Positions 9,150 to 18,467 of a DNA stretch of 53,913 nt are shown here, in pieces; positions within the stretch are counted from its first letter, which is position 1; every line of letters starts with the position of its first letter. The stretch lies in the sequence record DRR378314_190. One strand, 5' to 3'. The translations under genes were made by a program, and so were the position numbers. The notes under the pieces are model-generated. The model was not told the origin of the DNA and searched no databases. It worked only from the letters and a program-made list of their open reading frames with translations.

Positions 9150-10403
9150 ATGACCCTTGCCAGCCCTGCGCTAACCCGCGCCATCAAAGACCGTTTTGCC
9201 CATGTGGACAGTTGCCCCTTTACCGGTCCGCGCATCTTTTTCGAAAATGCAGGCGGTGCGCTGACATTACATTCGGTGGTGGAAACCTCAGCCAAATTTG
9301 CGGCCATCCCGGACAATCAAGGGCGTGATAACCCTGCGTCACAGGCACTGACTGCTGTGATCAAACGCGCCAAGGCGGATATGGCCCTGTTTTTCAATGC
9401 GCCTGATGGCCAGTTTTTCGTCGGTGAATCCGGGACCGAACTGACCTTCCGTTTGATCCGTACCGCCATCATGGGCACCCCGCCGGATGGTAAGGTAATC
9501 GGATCATCCGTAGAACATCCCGCCTCGCGCAGTGCGGCGCTGCATTGGGCCGGAGTGGCCGGTAAGGAATACGTCAATGTCGCACATGACGATGCCACCG
9601 GGCAGGTCACCGCACAGGCCTATGCCGCCGCGATGACGCCAGAGGTTCAGGTTGCCACGATCCTGCATACCTCGCCGGTCACCGGCATCGCCAATGATGT
9701 GGCGGCCATCGTGTCGGCCATCCGTGGGGTTGCGCCAGAAGCATTTATCATCGTCGACGGCATCCAGCATGCCAGTCACGGAGGCATCGACATCGCCAGC
9801 TATGATATCGACGGATATGTTGTATCACCTTACAAAGTGTTCTCGCGTCATGGCTACGGTGTGGCATGGGCCTCTGACCGGCTGACCGCCCTGTCGATTG
9901 AGACCTTGAAGGACGGCCCTGCCGGTAATTGGGAAATGGGCACCCGCGACACAGGTGCCTATGCAACTTTCACGGATGTTGTTTCCTATTTTGACTGGCT
10001 GGGCGGCGAAACATCCGATGCCACTGACCCGCGGGCACGGATTGAGGCGGCGGGGCAGGCCATCCACGTCCATGAACAATCCCTGACCGATGCGATGTTG
10101 AACGGTGTGGATAACCTGCCGGGACTGGCCGATCTGCCCGGCGTCACGATCATTGGCGGACGGGAAAACCCCAACCGCGAGGGGCTGGTCTGTTTTGCGC
10201 TGGATCACGTTGCAGCGGACGAAATCGTCGAACAATTAAACGCGCAAGGCATCCGCACCCACATCCGCCGCGCAGATCACTATTCCGGGAATATTCTTAA
10301 TCCTTTGGGGCTTAAGGCTGCCGTGCGGGTATCGCTGTGCCATTATAATACCCATGAAGAAGTGCGCAGTTTACTTGCCGCGATGAAGGATATTGCAGGC
10401 TAG
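9150..10403 (+). CDS. PLP-dependent class V aminotransferase (cysteine-desulfurase-like, catalytic Cys apparently absent)
   Basis: FFENAGG, VEHPAS, VDGIQ, SPYKVF (PLP Lys), VRVSLCHYNT; RBS GAAAGGA. Confidence 0.85.
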   Translation: MTLASPALTRAIKDRFAHVDSCPFTGPRIFFENAGGALTLHSVVETSAKFAAIPDNQGRDNPASQALTAVIKRAKADMALFFNAPDGQFFVGESGTELTFRLIRTAIMGTPPDGKVIGSSVEHPASRSAALHWAGVAGKEYVNVAHDDATGQVTAQAYAAAMTPEVQVATILHTSPVTGIANDVAAIVSAIRGVAPEAFIIVDGIQHASHGGIDIASYDIDGYVVSPYKVFSRHGYGVAWASDRLTALSIETLKDGPAGNWEMGTRDTGAYATFTDVVSYFDWLGGETSDATDPRARIEAAGQAIHVHEQSLTDAMLNGVDNLPGLADLPGVTIIGGRENPNREGLVCFALDHVAADEIVEQLNAQGIRTHIRRADHYSGNILNPLGLKAAVRVSLCHYNTHEEVRSLLAAMKDIAG

Positions 10404-10441
10404 GTCTTGCCAATCCAAAGGAACCGTTCAACGATGGCGAC

Positions 10442-11722
10442 ATGAACACACCACTCTCAGAGGCCATTGCCGCCAAACGGGACGACCTGATCGCCCTGAC
10501 ACAGGATCTGATCCGAATCCCGACGTTAAATCCGCCGGGACAGGATTATCTGCTGATCTGCGAATATCTGGACAAACGCCTGTCCGCCCATGGGTTCGAA
10601 ACCCAGATGATCCGTGCCTTTGGCACACCGGGTGACAGCGAAAAATACCCGCGCTGGAACATCATCGCGCGGCGCGACGGCAAACATGCGGGCGAATGTG
10701 TGCATTTCAACAGCCACACCGATGTGGTTGAGGTTGGTGCCGGTTGGACCTTCGATCCCTTTGGGGCCGAAATCTCGGATGGCAAGATTTATGGGCGGGG
10801 CACCTGTGACATGAAAGGGGGCCTTGCCGCCTCGATCATCGCGGCCGAGACCTTTATCGAACTGCATCCCGATTTCGCCGGTGCCATAGAGATTTCAGGC
10901 ACTGCGGATGAAGAAACTGGCGGCTATGGCGGCGTGGCCTATCTGGCTGAGCATGGTCATTTCAGCCCTGACAAAGTGCAGCATGTGATCATCCCCGAGC
11001 CGCTGAACAAAGACCGGATTTGCCTTGGCCATCGCGGCGGCTGGTGGGCCGAAATCGAAACCAAGGGTGAGATTGCCCATGGCGCGATGCCCTTCCTTGG
11101 CGATTGTGCCGTGCGCCATATGGGTGCGGTGTTGCAAGAGTTTGAAGACAAGCTGTTTCCTGCCATGGCTGCCCGTTACACAGAAATGCCTGTGGTCCCA
11201 GAAGGGGCGCGCAATTCGACGATGAACATCAATTCCATCCATGGCGGCGAAAATGAACCTGCCGAGGATTTTGACGGTCTACAGGCGCATTGCGTCCCCG
11301 ATTCCTGCCGCATTGTCATCGACAGGCGTTTTCTGGTTGAGGAACCGCTGGATCAGGTCCGTGACGAGGTCACCGGCCTGCTTGAGGGCTTGCGCGAAAA
11401 CCGTCCGAATTTCGACTATGAGATCACCGAGCGCAATTCGGTTCTGCCGTCGATGACTGACAAGGAATCACCCGTCGTGCGCACCGTCGCCAAGGCGATT
11501 GAGGATGTGATGGGGATACCGCCGCAATATGTCGCCTCGCCCGGCAGTTACGATCAGAAACATATCGACCGGATTGGCAAGCTCAAGAATTGCATCGCTT
11601 ATGGGCCGGGCATTCTGGACCTTGCGCATAAGCCCGATGAATACATCGGCATCGACGATATGATCGACAGTGCCAAGGTAATGGGAGCCGCGTTAGAGAC
11701 GCTTTTACTGCCCGTCACCTGA
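10442..11722 (+). CDS. M20 metallopeptidase (ArgE/DapE-like deacylase)
   Basis: NSHTDVV, GRGTCDMKGG, DEETGG, AHKPDEY. Confidence 0.92.
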   Translation: MNTPLSEAIAAKRDDLIALTQDLIRIPTLNPPGQDYLLICEYLDKRLSAHGFETQMIRAFGTPGDSEKYPRWNIIARRDGKHAGECVHFNSHTDVVEVGAGWTFDPFGAEISDGKIYGRGTCDMKGGLAASIIAAETFIELHPDFAGAIEISGTADEETGGYGGVAYLAEHGHFSPDKVQHVIIPEPLNKDRICLGHRGGWWAEIETKGEIAHGAMPFLGDCAVRHMGAVLQEFEDKLFPAMAARYTEMPVVPEGARNSTMNINSIHGGENEPAEDFDGLQAHCVPDSCRIVIDRRFLVEEPLDQVRDEVTGLLEGLRENRPNFDYEITERNSVLPSMTDKESPVVRTVAKAIEDVMGIPPQYVASPGSYDQKHIDRIGKLKNCIAYGPGILDLAHKPDEYIGIDDMIDSAKVMGAALETLLLPVT

Positions 11723-12955
11723 GGCCAGCGCCAAACCGTCAACGATTCCCGTCAGTGCCGCACCACGGTGCACTTCGGCGCGTGGCAGCCGCGTGGTCAG
11801 CGCATCCTGCACCACTTGCATTAAGCTGGAACCACCCACGAAGATCAGCTTGTTCACCGCTTGCGCATCCACATCTGCGGCGGCGAGAGTCGCCTCGGCC
11901 GCGGCCCCGATCTGATCCGCCAGCCCGGCCAGTTTCGCGGTCATCATCTCTGCTGGCAGGGGCAGCACCGCCTTGCGCTTTAACATCCCCACCTTGATCA
12001 CCGGGTTTTCGACCCCCGGCGTATTCGCCATGATCTTGCCCGCCTCAACGGCAAAGGCCAGATCATGACCCAGCTCTTCCTCCAGCACCTTAACCAGACG
12101 GGCCAGACGTCCCTCATGCACCGCATATTTTTGCAAATCCTTCGCCGCGCGCAGCGTGTCGGGGCCATACAGAAACGGAATCTTCGCCCATGTCGCCAGA
12201 TCGTTAAAGATGGCGTTGGGCGCAATATGGGTGTCATTGCCAAAGGCGTGGCGGATCGGACTGCCCATGCCAAGCTGCGGCATCACCCGTTTGATACTGA
12301 GGCGGCGGTCAAAATCTGTCCCGCCAATGCGCACGCCATAACTGGCAAGAATGTCGATATCGGTGCTGCCGCTCTGCCGGAACAAGGTGAAATCCGACGT
12401 ACCACCACCGATGTCCACCACCAGCCCCAGATCACCAGCGTTCAGCACATCGCGACTGGCCCGTGCCGCCGCTTCGGGTTCGTTCAGAAACCTGACATCG
12501 TCGAAACCTGCCCGTGCATAGCATTCCTTCAAGTCTTCCAAAGCTTGGATGTTTCGGGCTTCATCCTCGGAATGAAACCGCACAGGGCGGCCCGATACGG
12601 CGCGCGTAAAGGTCTGGCCGGTAGCCGCCTCTGCGCGTGTTTTTACCTCTGTCAGGAACCGCGCAACAATGTCGATGAAATCCAGCCGCTCGCCCAGCAA
12701 CATCCGGCTTTCGCGGATCAACCTTGTGCCCAGCAGGCTTTTGAGGCCGCGCATATAGCGCCCCTCTTCACCACCCAACAAGGCGTCAGACGCTGCCGCA
12801 CCGACCAGCATTTTCTTTTCCTCAAAGTCAAAGAACACAGCCGTGGGCATGGTCGGCTCGTCGCTTTCCAAGGTAATCAACTGCGGTTTGCCATCCACGC
12901 AAATCCCCGCCGCTGAATTTGAGGTTCCGAAATCAATTCCCAGTGTTGCCGACAT
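11705..12955 (-). CDS. Hsp70-family protein (YegD-like, no substrate-binding domain)
   Basis: GIDFGTSNS, EPEAAA, VDIGGGTSDF, GGTDFD, VGGSS; about 416 aa from ATG 12955. Confidence 0.9.
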   Translation of the reverse strand: MSATLGIDFGTSNSAAGICVDGKPQLITLESDEPTMPTAVFFDFEEKKMLVGAAASDALLGGEEGRYMRGLKSLLGTRLIRESRMLLGERLDFIDIVARFLTEVKTRAEAATGQTFTRAVSGRPVRFHSEDEARNIQALEDLKECYARAGFDDVRFLNEPEAAARASRDVLNAGDLGLVVDIGGGTSDFTLFRQSGSTDIDILASYGVRIGGTDFDRRLSIKRVMPQLGMGSPIRHAFGNDTHIAPNAIFNDLATWAKIPFLYGPDTLRAAKDLQKYAVHEGRLARLVKVLEEELGHDLAFAVEAGKIMANTPGVENPVIKVGMLKRKAVLPLPAEMMTAKLAGLADQIGAAAEATLAAADVDAQAVNKLIFVGGSSLMQVVQDALTTRLPRAEVHRGAALTGIVDGLALASGDGQ

Positions 12956-13073
12956 CAAACGCCCCTCTTCGCAAGGCCGCGTCTTTAATCCCAACGGACA
13001 GCAAAGGCAAACCCCTAGCCACCGCCCCGCGTATTGGCTAGCCTCCACTCCATAATCAAAAGGGAGACCACCC

Positions 13074-14552
13074 ATGTTCCATCTATCCCGCCTTCTACTT
13101 GGCGTCAGCACTGCGGCCTTGATGGCCAGTGCCGCTATGGCCAAAGACGACCTTACCATCGCAATCCAGCTTGAACCGCCGCATATGGACCCAACCTCTG
13201 CCGCAGCCGGTGCCATCGATTCGGTGCTTTATTCCAACGTATTCGAAGGGCTGACCCGCTTTATGGGCGACGGTTCGGTTGTGCCGGGCCTCGCAGAATC
13301 ATGGGAGATTTCCGAGGATGGGCTGACATATACGTTCAAACTGCGCTCTGGCGTGACCTTCCATGATGGCACCACAATGGACGCCGAAGACGTGAAGTTC
13401 AGCCTTGATCGCATCGGTGCCGAAGACAGCGCAAACGCCCAAAAGGCGCTTTATGCTGCGATTTCAGAGGTGAATGTTGTTGACCCGACGACGGTTGAGG
13501 TCAAATTATCCGAACCCAATGGCAACCTGATTTTCAACCTTGCCTGGGGCGATGCCGTGATTGTGGCCCCCGAAAGCATCGAGAACATCAAACAAACGCC
13601 CGTCGGTACGGGTGCGTTCAAATTCGACAGCTGGACGCAGGGCGATAAGGTCGAACTGTCGCGCAACGATTCCTATTGGGGGGATGCCCCTGCGCTGGCC
13701 TCTGCTACGTTCAAGTTTATCTCTGACCCCACCGCCGCCTTTGCCTCGGTGATGGCCGAAGATGTTGATGTCTTCTCCGGCTTTCCGGCCCCTGAAAACT
13801 TGCCGCAGTTCGAGGCCGATCCACGGTTTCAGGTCCTTGTCGGATCAACCGAAGGTGAAACGATCCTTTCGACCAACAACAAGATGCCGCCCTTTGACAA
13901 CGTAAAAGTACGCGAGGCTCTGGCCCATGCGATTGACCGTCAGGCCATCATTGACGGTGCGATGTTCGGTTTGGGCACGCCCATCGGCACCCATTTTGCG
14001 CCGCATAACCCGGCCTATGTCGATCTGACAGCGCAATCCAACTATGACCCGGCCAAGTCCAAGGCCCTGCTGGCCGAAGCAGGTTTTGCAGACGGGTTTG
14101 AAACCACATTGCACCTGCCGCCCCCCTCCTATGCGCGGCGCGGCGGCGAGATCATTGCGGCACAGCTGGCAGAGGTCGGCATCACCGCCAAGATCACCAA
14201 TGTCGAATGGGCGCAGTGGCTTGAAACAGTGTTCAAAGGCAAAGACTTCGGCCTGACCATCGTCAGTCACACCGAACCGATGGACATCGGGATCTATGCC
14301 AACCCCGAGTATTATTTTCAGTATGACAACAAGGCGTTTCAGGATCTGATTGCCAAGTTCAACACCACGGCTGACCCCGAAGCGCGCAACGAAATGATGG
14401 CTGAAGCACAGCAGATCATCGCGGATGACTATGTGAACGGCTACCTGTTCCAACTGGCGCTGCCAACGGTCGCGCAGGCCAGTGTGCAGGGTCTTTGGGA
14501 AAACGCGCCAACGCAGGCGAATGACCTGACCGGCGTAAGCTGGGCTGAATAA
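13074..14552 (+). CDS. Peptide/nickel (family 5) ABC transporter substrate-binding protein
   Basis: Signal peptide (..SAAMA-K), LAESWEISEDGLTYTFKLRSGVTFHDG, PVGTGAF, VREALAHAIDR; RBS AGGGAG. Confidence 0.95.
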   Translation: MFHLSRLLLGVSTAALMASAAMAKDDLTIAIQLEPPHMDPTSAAAGAIDSVLYSNVFEGLTRFMGDGSVVPGLAESWEISEDGLTYTFKLRSGVTFHDGTTMDAEDVKFSLDRIGAEDSANAQKALYAAISEVNVVDPTTVEVKLSEPNGNLIFNLAWGDAVIVAPESIENIKQTPVGTGAFKFDSWTQGDKVELSRNDSYWGDAPALASATFKFISDPTAAFASVMAEDVDVFSGFPAPENLPQFEADPRFQVLVGSTEGETILSTNNKMPPFDNVKVREALAHAIDRQAIIDGAMFGLGTPIGTHFAPHNPAYVDLTAQSNYDPAKSKALLAEAGFADGFETTLHLPPPSYARRGGEIIAAQLAEVGITAKITNVEWAQWLETVFKGKDFGLTIVSHTEPMDIGIYANPEYYFQYDNKAFQDLIAKFNTTADPEARNEMMAEAQQIIADDYVNGYLFQLALPTVAQASVQGLWENAPTQANDLTGVSWAE

Positions 14553-14570
14553 ACCACATAAATGTTAACC

Positions 14571-14602
14571 AAAGGGCCCCTGCACCGCAGGGGTCCTTTT
14601 TT
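14571..14602 (+). terminator. Rho-independent terminator after the substrate-binding protein gene
   Basis: AAAGGGCCCCTGC-acc-GCAGGGGTCCTTT followed by a T-tract. Confidence 0.85.
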
Positions 14603-14617
14603 GTGAAAGGATCAAGG

Positions 14618-14836
14618 ATGCGGGCAAGTCTTAGAACCAAGGCTATCGCGATCTGCAACGACAAGATTGCAAAGAAAGGTGAAACCGTTGGGCTGTCCTT
14701 CTATGCCTTCTTTGCGAACAAAAACGACAACCCCGAATTGCTGATGGAAGCAGCGGAGTGGTGGATCAAGACACATCAGCTGGATCATTTCGAAAAGGCT
14801 GTAAAAATCCGCGATATGATTGCCTCAGGCGTATGA
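14618..14836 (+). CDS. Small hypothetical protein, 72 aa (resembles DUF6500 family from memory)
   Basis: Purine-rich RBS (GAAAGGATCAAGG); protein-like sequence VGLSFYAFFANKNDNPELLMEAAEWWI; family name not verified. Confidence 0.7.
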   Translation: MRASLRTKAIAICNDKIAKKGETVGLSFYAFFANKNDNPELLMEAAEWWIKTHQLDHFEKAVKIRDMIASGV

Positions 14837-14847
14837 GGCCCGCTTGC

Positions 14848-15966
14848 CTAGCGCCCCAGCCGGCGGTTCGCGAGTATCTGAACCCCCGCCTTCACCTCAT
14901 CACGCAGCGGCCCTTCACGGGGCACATCCTGTAATGTCGTAAACCAATGCACAGGCGGGTTCTTGCCCCGCCTGTTTCCATCAAACCGCAACGCACGCAG
15001 CACATCCTCCACCGCTTTCGGCAGGGTTTCGGGGACCTCCAGCCCATTCAGCACGCCCCAAACCTGTGTCCACAACCGCCCGACCGACCAAGGGTTATAG
15101 CCACCACCACCCAGCACCAGCAGGCGCGGGGCCATGCCCATCAGCCCGCGCAACATGTCCAATTGAGCATTATTGCTCAACGCCATATGCGACAGCGGAT
15201 CTTCCTCCAGCCCGTCGGCCCCACAAAGCAGAACAATCGCATCGGGGCGGAATGCTGCGACCTTGGGCAGGATCAATCCGTCTCTAACAAAGGCCATTTC
15301 GCTATCATTGAACCCTCGCGGCACCGGCAGATTAAACGCGTTTCCACCTCCATCATTCTCTATCCCGCCGGTACGCGGCCACAACCGCGCTTCATGGACA
15401 GAGATCATCAAACAGTCGGGATCACCGCCAAATCCAACCTCGACACCGTCAGGATGATGCGCATCAATGTCGACATAGGCGATGCGGCGCACCCCATGGT
15501 GGCGCAGACTGAGCATCGCCAACACCGGATCATTCAGATAGCAAAATCCGTTTGCGCGATCCGGCATGCCATGATGCGTACCGCCCGCCGGATTATAGAT
15601 TGCCCCGCCGCCGCGCAACAGTTCACCGGCAAGGATCGACCCCCCTGCCGCCGTTGCCGGACGGCGGAAAATCTCGGCAAACACGGGGTTGGTCACGCTG
15701 CCGATGTCATGACGCCGGCGATCGCTTTCCTTCGCCTCCTGCTCTTGCTCTACCCGTTGCAACGCCGCGATGTAGTCGGAGGTATGCCAATTGACCAACG
15801 CCGAAGGTTTGGCGCGCGGCGATGTGATAAACTGGTCCTGCGGCAGCCAGCCCAGAGCACGGGCCAGATCCATCACGGTCGATACCCGTGGGACCCGCAA
15901 GGGATGCCAGCGGCCATAGGTGGAATGGCGAAAAATCTCGTGACCGATAAATTGCGGTTTCAGCAT
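14848..15966 (-). CDS. acuC: Zn-dependent deacetylase, histone deacetylase/AcuC family
   Basis: HPLRVPR, GGTHHG, GFCYLND, DIDAHHPDG, GADGLEEDPL, GGGGY. Confidence 0.9.
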   Translation of the reverse strand: MLKPQFIGHEIFRHSTYGRWHPLRVPRVSTVMDLARALGWLPQDQFITSPRAKPSALVNWHTSDYIAALQRVEQEQEAKESDRRRHDIGSVTNPVFAEIFRRPATAAGGSILAGELLRGGGAIYNPAGGTHHGMPDRANGFCYLNDPVLAMLSLRHHGVRRIAYVDIDAHHPDGVEVGFGGDPDCLMISVHEARLWPRTGGIENDGGGNAFNLPVPRGFNDSEMAFVRDGLILPKVAAFRPDAIVLLCGADGLEEDPLSHMALSNNAQLDMLRGLMGMAPRLLVLGGGGYNPWSVGRLWTQVWGVLNGLEVPETLPKAVEDVLRALRFDGNRRGKNPPVHWFTTLQDVPREGPLRDEVKAGVQILANRRLGR

Positions 15967-15990
15967 GGGCCAACCTTATCCTTGCACACG

Positions 15991-16017
15991 AAAAAAGGGC
16001 ACCCGAAGGTGCCCTTT
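15991..16017 (-). terminator. Rho-independent terminator of the HdeA-like gene
   Basis: AAAGGGCACC-cgaa-GGTGCCCTTT; the A6 run on + is a U-tract on -. Confidence 0.85.
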
Positions 16018-16045
16018 AGTCAATACATTTAAGCAGTTTCAGCAG

Positions 16046-16462
16046 TTAGCGTGTGCCGTCAAGACCAGCAGCGGCTTCACTCACCAATGTGTCCAGATTG
16101 CGGTCACATTGGGCAACAAGTGCTTCCAGCGCTTCGGTCATCTGCGATTCTTCGGTTGTATTGTCTTCGTTACCATCAGCCTTGGCACCGGAAGTGGTGT
16201 CGCCTTCGGTCGCTTCAGCAGCGGTTGTGGTGCCGGTGGAATCTTCGGTTGCCTTCGGCTCACCGTCTGTAGGCATGCCATTCGCGCCGTCATCGATTTC
16301 AGCAATTGCCATCTCGGCGACCTTCATCTGGTCACCAGAGTCCAGTGCTTTGAACTCGGCACAGGTCATTGTGGTCATGTCAAGGTGAGCTGCTGCAAAG
16401 GCAGGCATCGACATAGAGCTGATCATGGCTGCGGCGGCGATTGTTTTGAACGTACGTGTCAT
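16046..16462 (-). CDS. Secreted HdeA/HdeB-like small periplasmic protein
   Basis: Signal peptide ending PAFA; MTCAEF motif and a second Cys (QCDRN) as in HdeA/B; RBS GAGGAG before ATG 16462. Confidence 0.7.
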   Translation of the reverse strand: MTRTFKTIAAAAMISSMSMPAFAAAHLDMTTMTCAEFKALDSGDQMKVAEMAIAEIDDGANGMPTDGEPKATEDSTGTTTAAEATEGDTTSGAKADGNEDNTTEESQMTEALEALVAQCDRNLDTLVSEAAAGLDGTR

Positions 16463-16492
16463 TGTTTTCTCCTCATGCTTCGTTGAAGAGAC

Positions 16493-16517
16493 AACCGCCC
16501 CACCCTCAAACAGTTCC
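16493..16517 (-). promoter_or_regulatory. Putative sigma-EcfG (ECF15, general stress response) promoter
   Basis: Minus strand GGAAC-N17-GTT ending about 30 nt upstream of the HdeA-like ATG. Confidence 0.6.
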
Positions 16518-16707
16518 AACAAATAAACTGAAGGGATGTTCGAGCACCTGTCATTCGGAACCTAAGCTGCTGAATTGATGCGCAGATATGACCGATAAAA
16601 ACATGAACCGATTTTCTGTGCTTGCTTCATCACAAAGTCATTGCTGCAATTGCAGAGCCGTTAACAGCACTGGACGGCGCAACCAACGGCGCATAACGTT
16701 TGTTGCA

Positions 16708-17655
16708 ATGTTGCGCTATACTCTCAAACGTCTGATCTCTCTGATCATCAGCCTCGCTATTGCGTCGGTGGTGATCTTTTTGGTGATCGAAGTCGCCCCC
16801 GGTGATCCGGCTTCCTTTATGCTTGGGATGAATGCCCAACCGGAAACCCTTGCCGCCTTGCGATCAGAACTTGGTCTGGATGCCTCAAAGGTCGAACGGT
16901 ATTTTTCCTGGATCAGCGGGATAGTTGTCGGCGATTTCGGCACCTCCTACACTTACCGCACGCCCGTGTCGCAGATGATCGGAGAGCGGCTCTGGGTCTC
17001 CTTGCCGCTGGCGCTCTATGCCCTGACGCTAAGCACGCTGGTCGCTTTCCCTGCCGGGATTTATGCCGCCAGCCGCCGCGGTCAGGCAGGGGACATCGGG
17101 GTGATGGGGGCCACGCAACTGGGTGTGGCCGTTCCCAATTTCTGGTTTGCGATGATGCTGGTGCTGATTTTTGCCATCAATCTGCGTTGGTTTTCTGCCG
17201 GCGGGTTTGTCGGGTGGGACAAGGGGGTTCTTGCCGGGCTTCACGGGCTGACCCTGCCCGCCATCGCCCTTGCCCTGCCACAGGCGGCAATCCTTGCGCG
17301 GGTGATGCGCTCCTCCCTCCTTGACGTGATGGGAGAGGATTTCATGCGTACCGCGCGGGCCAAGGGGCTGACTGCACGACAGGCGCTATGGCGCCACGGA
17401 TTACGCAATGCACTGATACCGGTGCTGACGATCATCGGGCTGCAATTCTCATTTCTACTGGCGGGATCAATCATCATTGAACAGGTGTTTTACCTTCCCG
17501 GCCTTGGACGTCTGGTGTTTCAATCAATTTCGGCACGCGATCTTATTGTGGTGGAATCCGTGGTGATGCTTTTGGTGTTCTCCGTCATCGTGGTAAACTT
17601 TCTGGTTGATCTGGCCTATGCGGCCGTTGATCCCCGTCTGAGGGCACGATCATGA
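16708..17655 (+). CDS. Peptide ABC transporter permease (DppB/OppB-like)
   Basis: APGDPA, GDFGTSY, EAA loop TARAKGL, HGLRNALIP, DPRLR. Confidence 0.93.
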   Translation: MLRYTLKRLISLIISLAIASVVIFLVIEVAPGDPASFMLGMNAQPETLAALRSELGLDASKVERYFSWISGIVVGDFGTSYTYRTPVSQMIGERLWVSLPLALYALTLSTLVAFPAGIYAASRRGQAGDIGVMGATQLGVAVPNFWFAMMLVLIFAINLRWFSAGGFVGWDKGVLAGLHGLTLPAIALALPQAAILARVMRSSLLDVMGEDFMRTARAKGLTARQALWRHGLRNALIPVLTIIGLQFSFLLAGSIIIEQVFYLPGLGRLVFQSISARDLIVVESVVMLLVFSVIVVNFLVDLAYAAVDPRLRARS

Positions 17656-18467
17656 ACCGTAACCTGATCCTTGGCAGCCTTTTGACTGCGGTTTTCCTGA
17701 TTGCCGCGCTGATCAGCTTTGTCTGGACTCCGTTCGATCACACCGCCCTCAGCATCCCGGACAAGCTGCAAACCCCCTCCGGCACACATCTGCTGGGCAC
17801 CGATCATTTCGGCCGTGATCTGCTCAGCATGATCATGGTGGGCGCACGCACCTCTATTGCTGTGGCTTTGGTGGCAGTGGGCATTGGCATGGGGCTGGGC
17901 GTGCCGCTTGGCCTATGGGCCGCAGCGCGGCAGGGCACGTTGATTGATGAATTGATCATGCGCGGCAATGATCTCGTGTTTGCGTTCCCCAGTCTGGTCA
18001 TTGCCATCCTGATCACTGCTATTTTCGGGGCTGGGGCCATCAATGCCATTATTGCCATCGGCATCTTCAACATTCCTGTTTTCGCCCGCATCACCCGTGG
18101 GGCCGCACTGTCGCTATGGCAACGTGAATTCATCATGGCCGCCCGCGTCGCTGGTAAAAACGCAACCCGCATTTCCGTCGAACACATCCTGCCCAATGTC
18201 ACCAATCTGCTGATTGTTCAGGGCACCATTCAGTTCAGTCTGGGCATCCTAGCCGAGGCGGGGCTCAGCTATGTCGGGCTGGGGGCACAGCCACCGACAC
18301 CGTCATGGGGGCGGATGCTGGCGGATGCGCAAACGCTGGTCAGCATTGCACCGCATATGGCGCTGGTCCCCGGTTTTGCCATCATCCTGACGGTGCTGGG
18401 GCTGAATCTGATGGGGGATGGCTTGCGCGACTATCTTGATCCCCGTCTGCGGGTGGCCCGGACATGA
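17652..18467 (+). CDS. Peptide ABC transporter permease (DppC/OppC-like)
   Basis: HLLGTDHFGRD, HILPN, LSYVGLG..PPTPSWGRML, GDGLRDYLDPR; ATGA overlap. Confidence 0.95.
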   Translation: MNRNLILGSLLTAVFLIAALISFVWTPFDHTALSIPDKLQTPSGTHLLGTDHFGRDLLSMIMVGARTSIAVALVAVGIGMGLGVPLGLWAAARQGTLIDELIMRGNDLVFAFPSLVIAILITAIFGAGAINAIIAIGIFNIPVFARITRGAALSLWQREFIMAARVAGKNATRISVEHILPNVTNLLIVQGTIQFSLGILAEAGLSYVGLGAQPPTPSWGRMLADAQTLVSIAPHMALVPGFAIILTVLGLNLMGDGLRDYLDPRLRVART

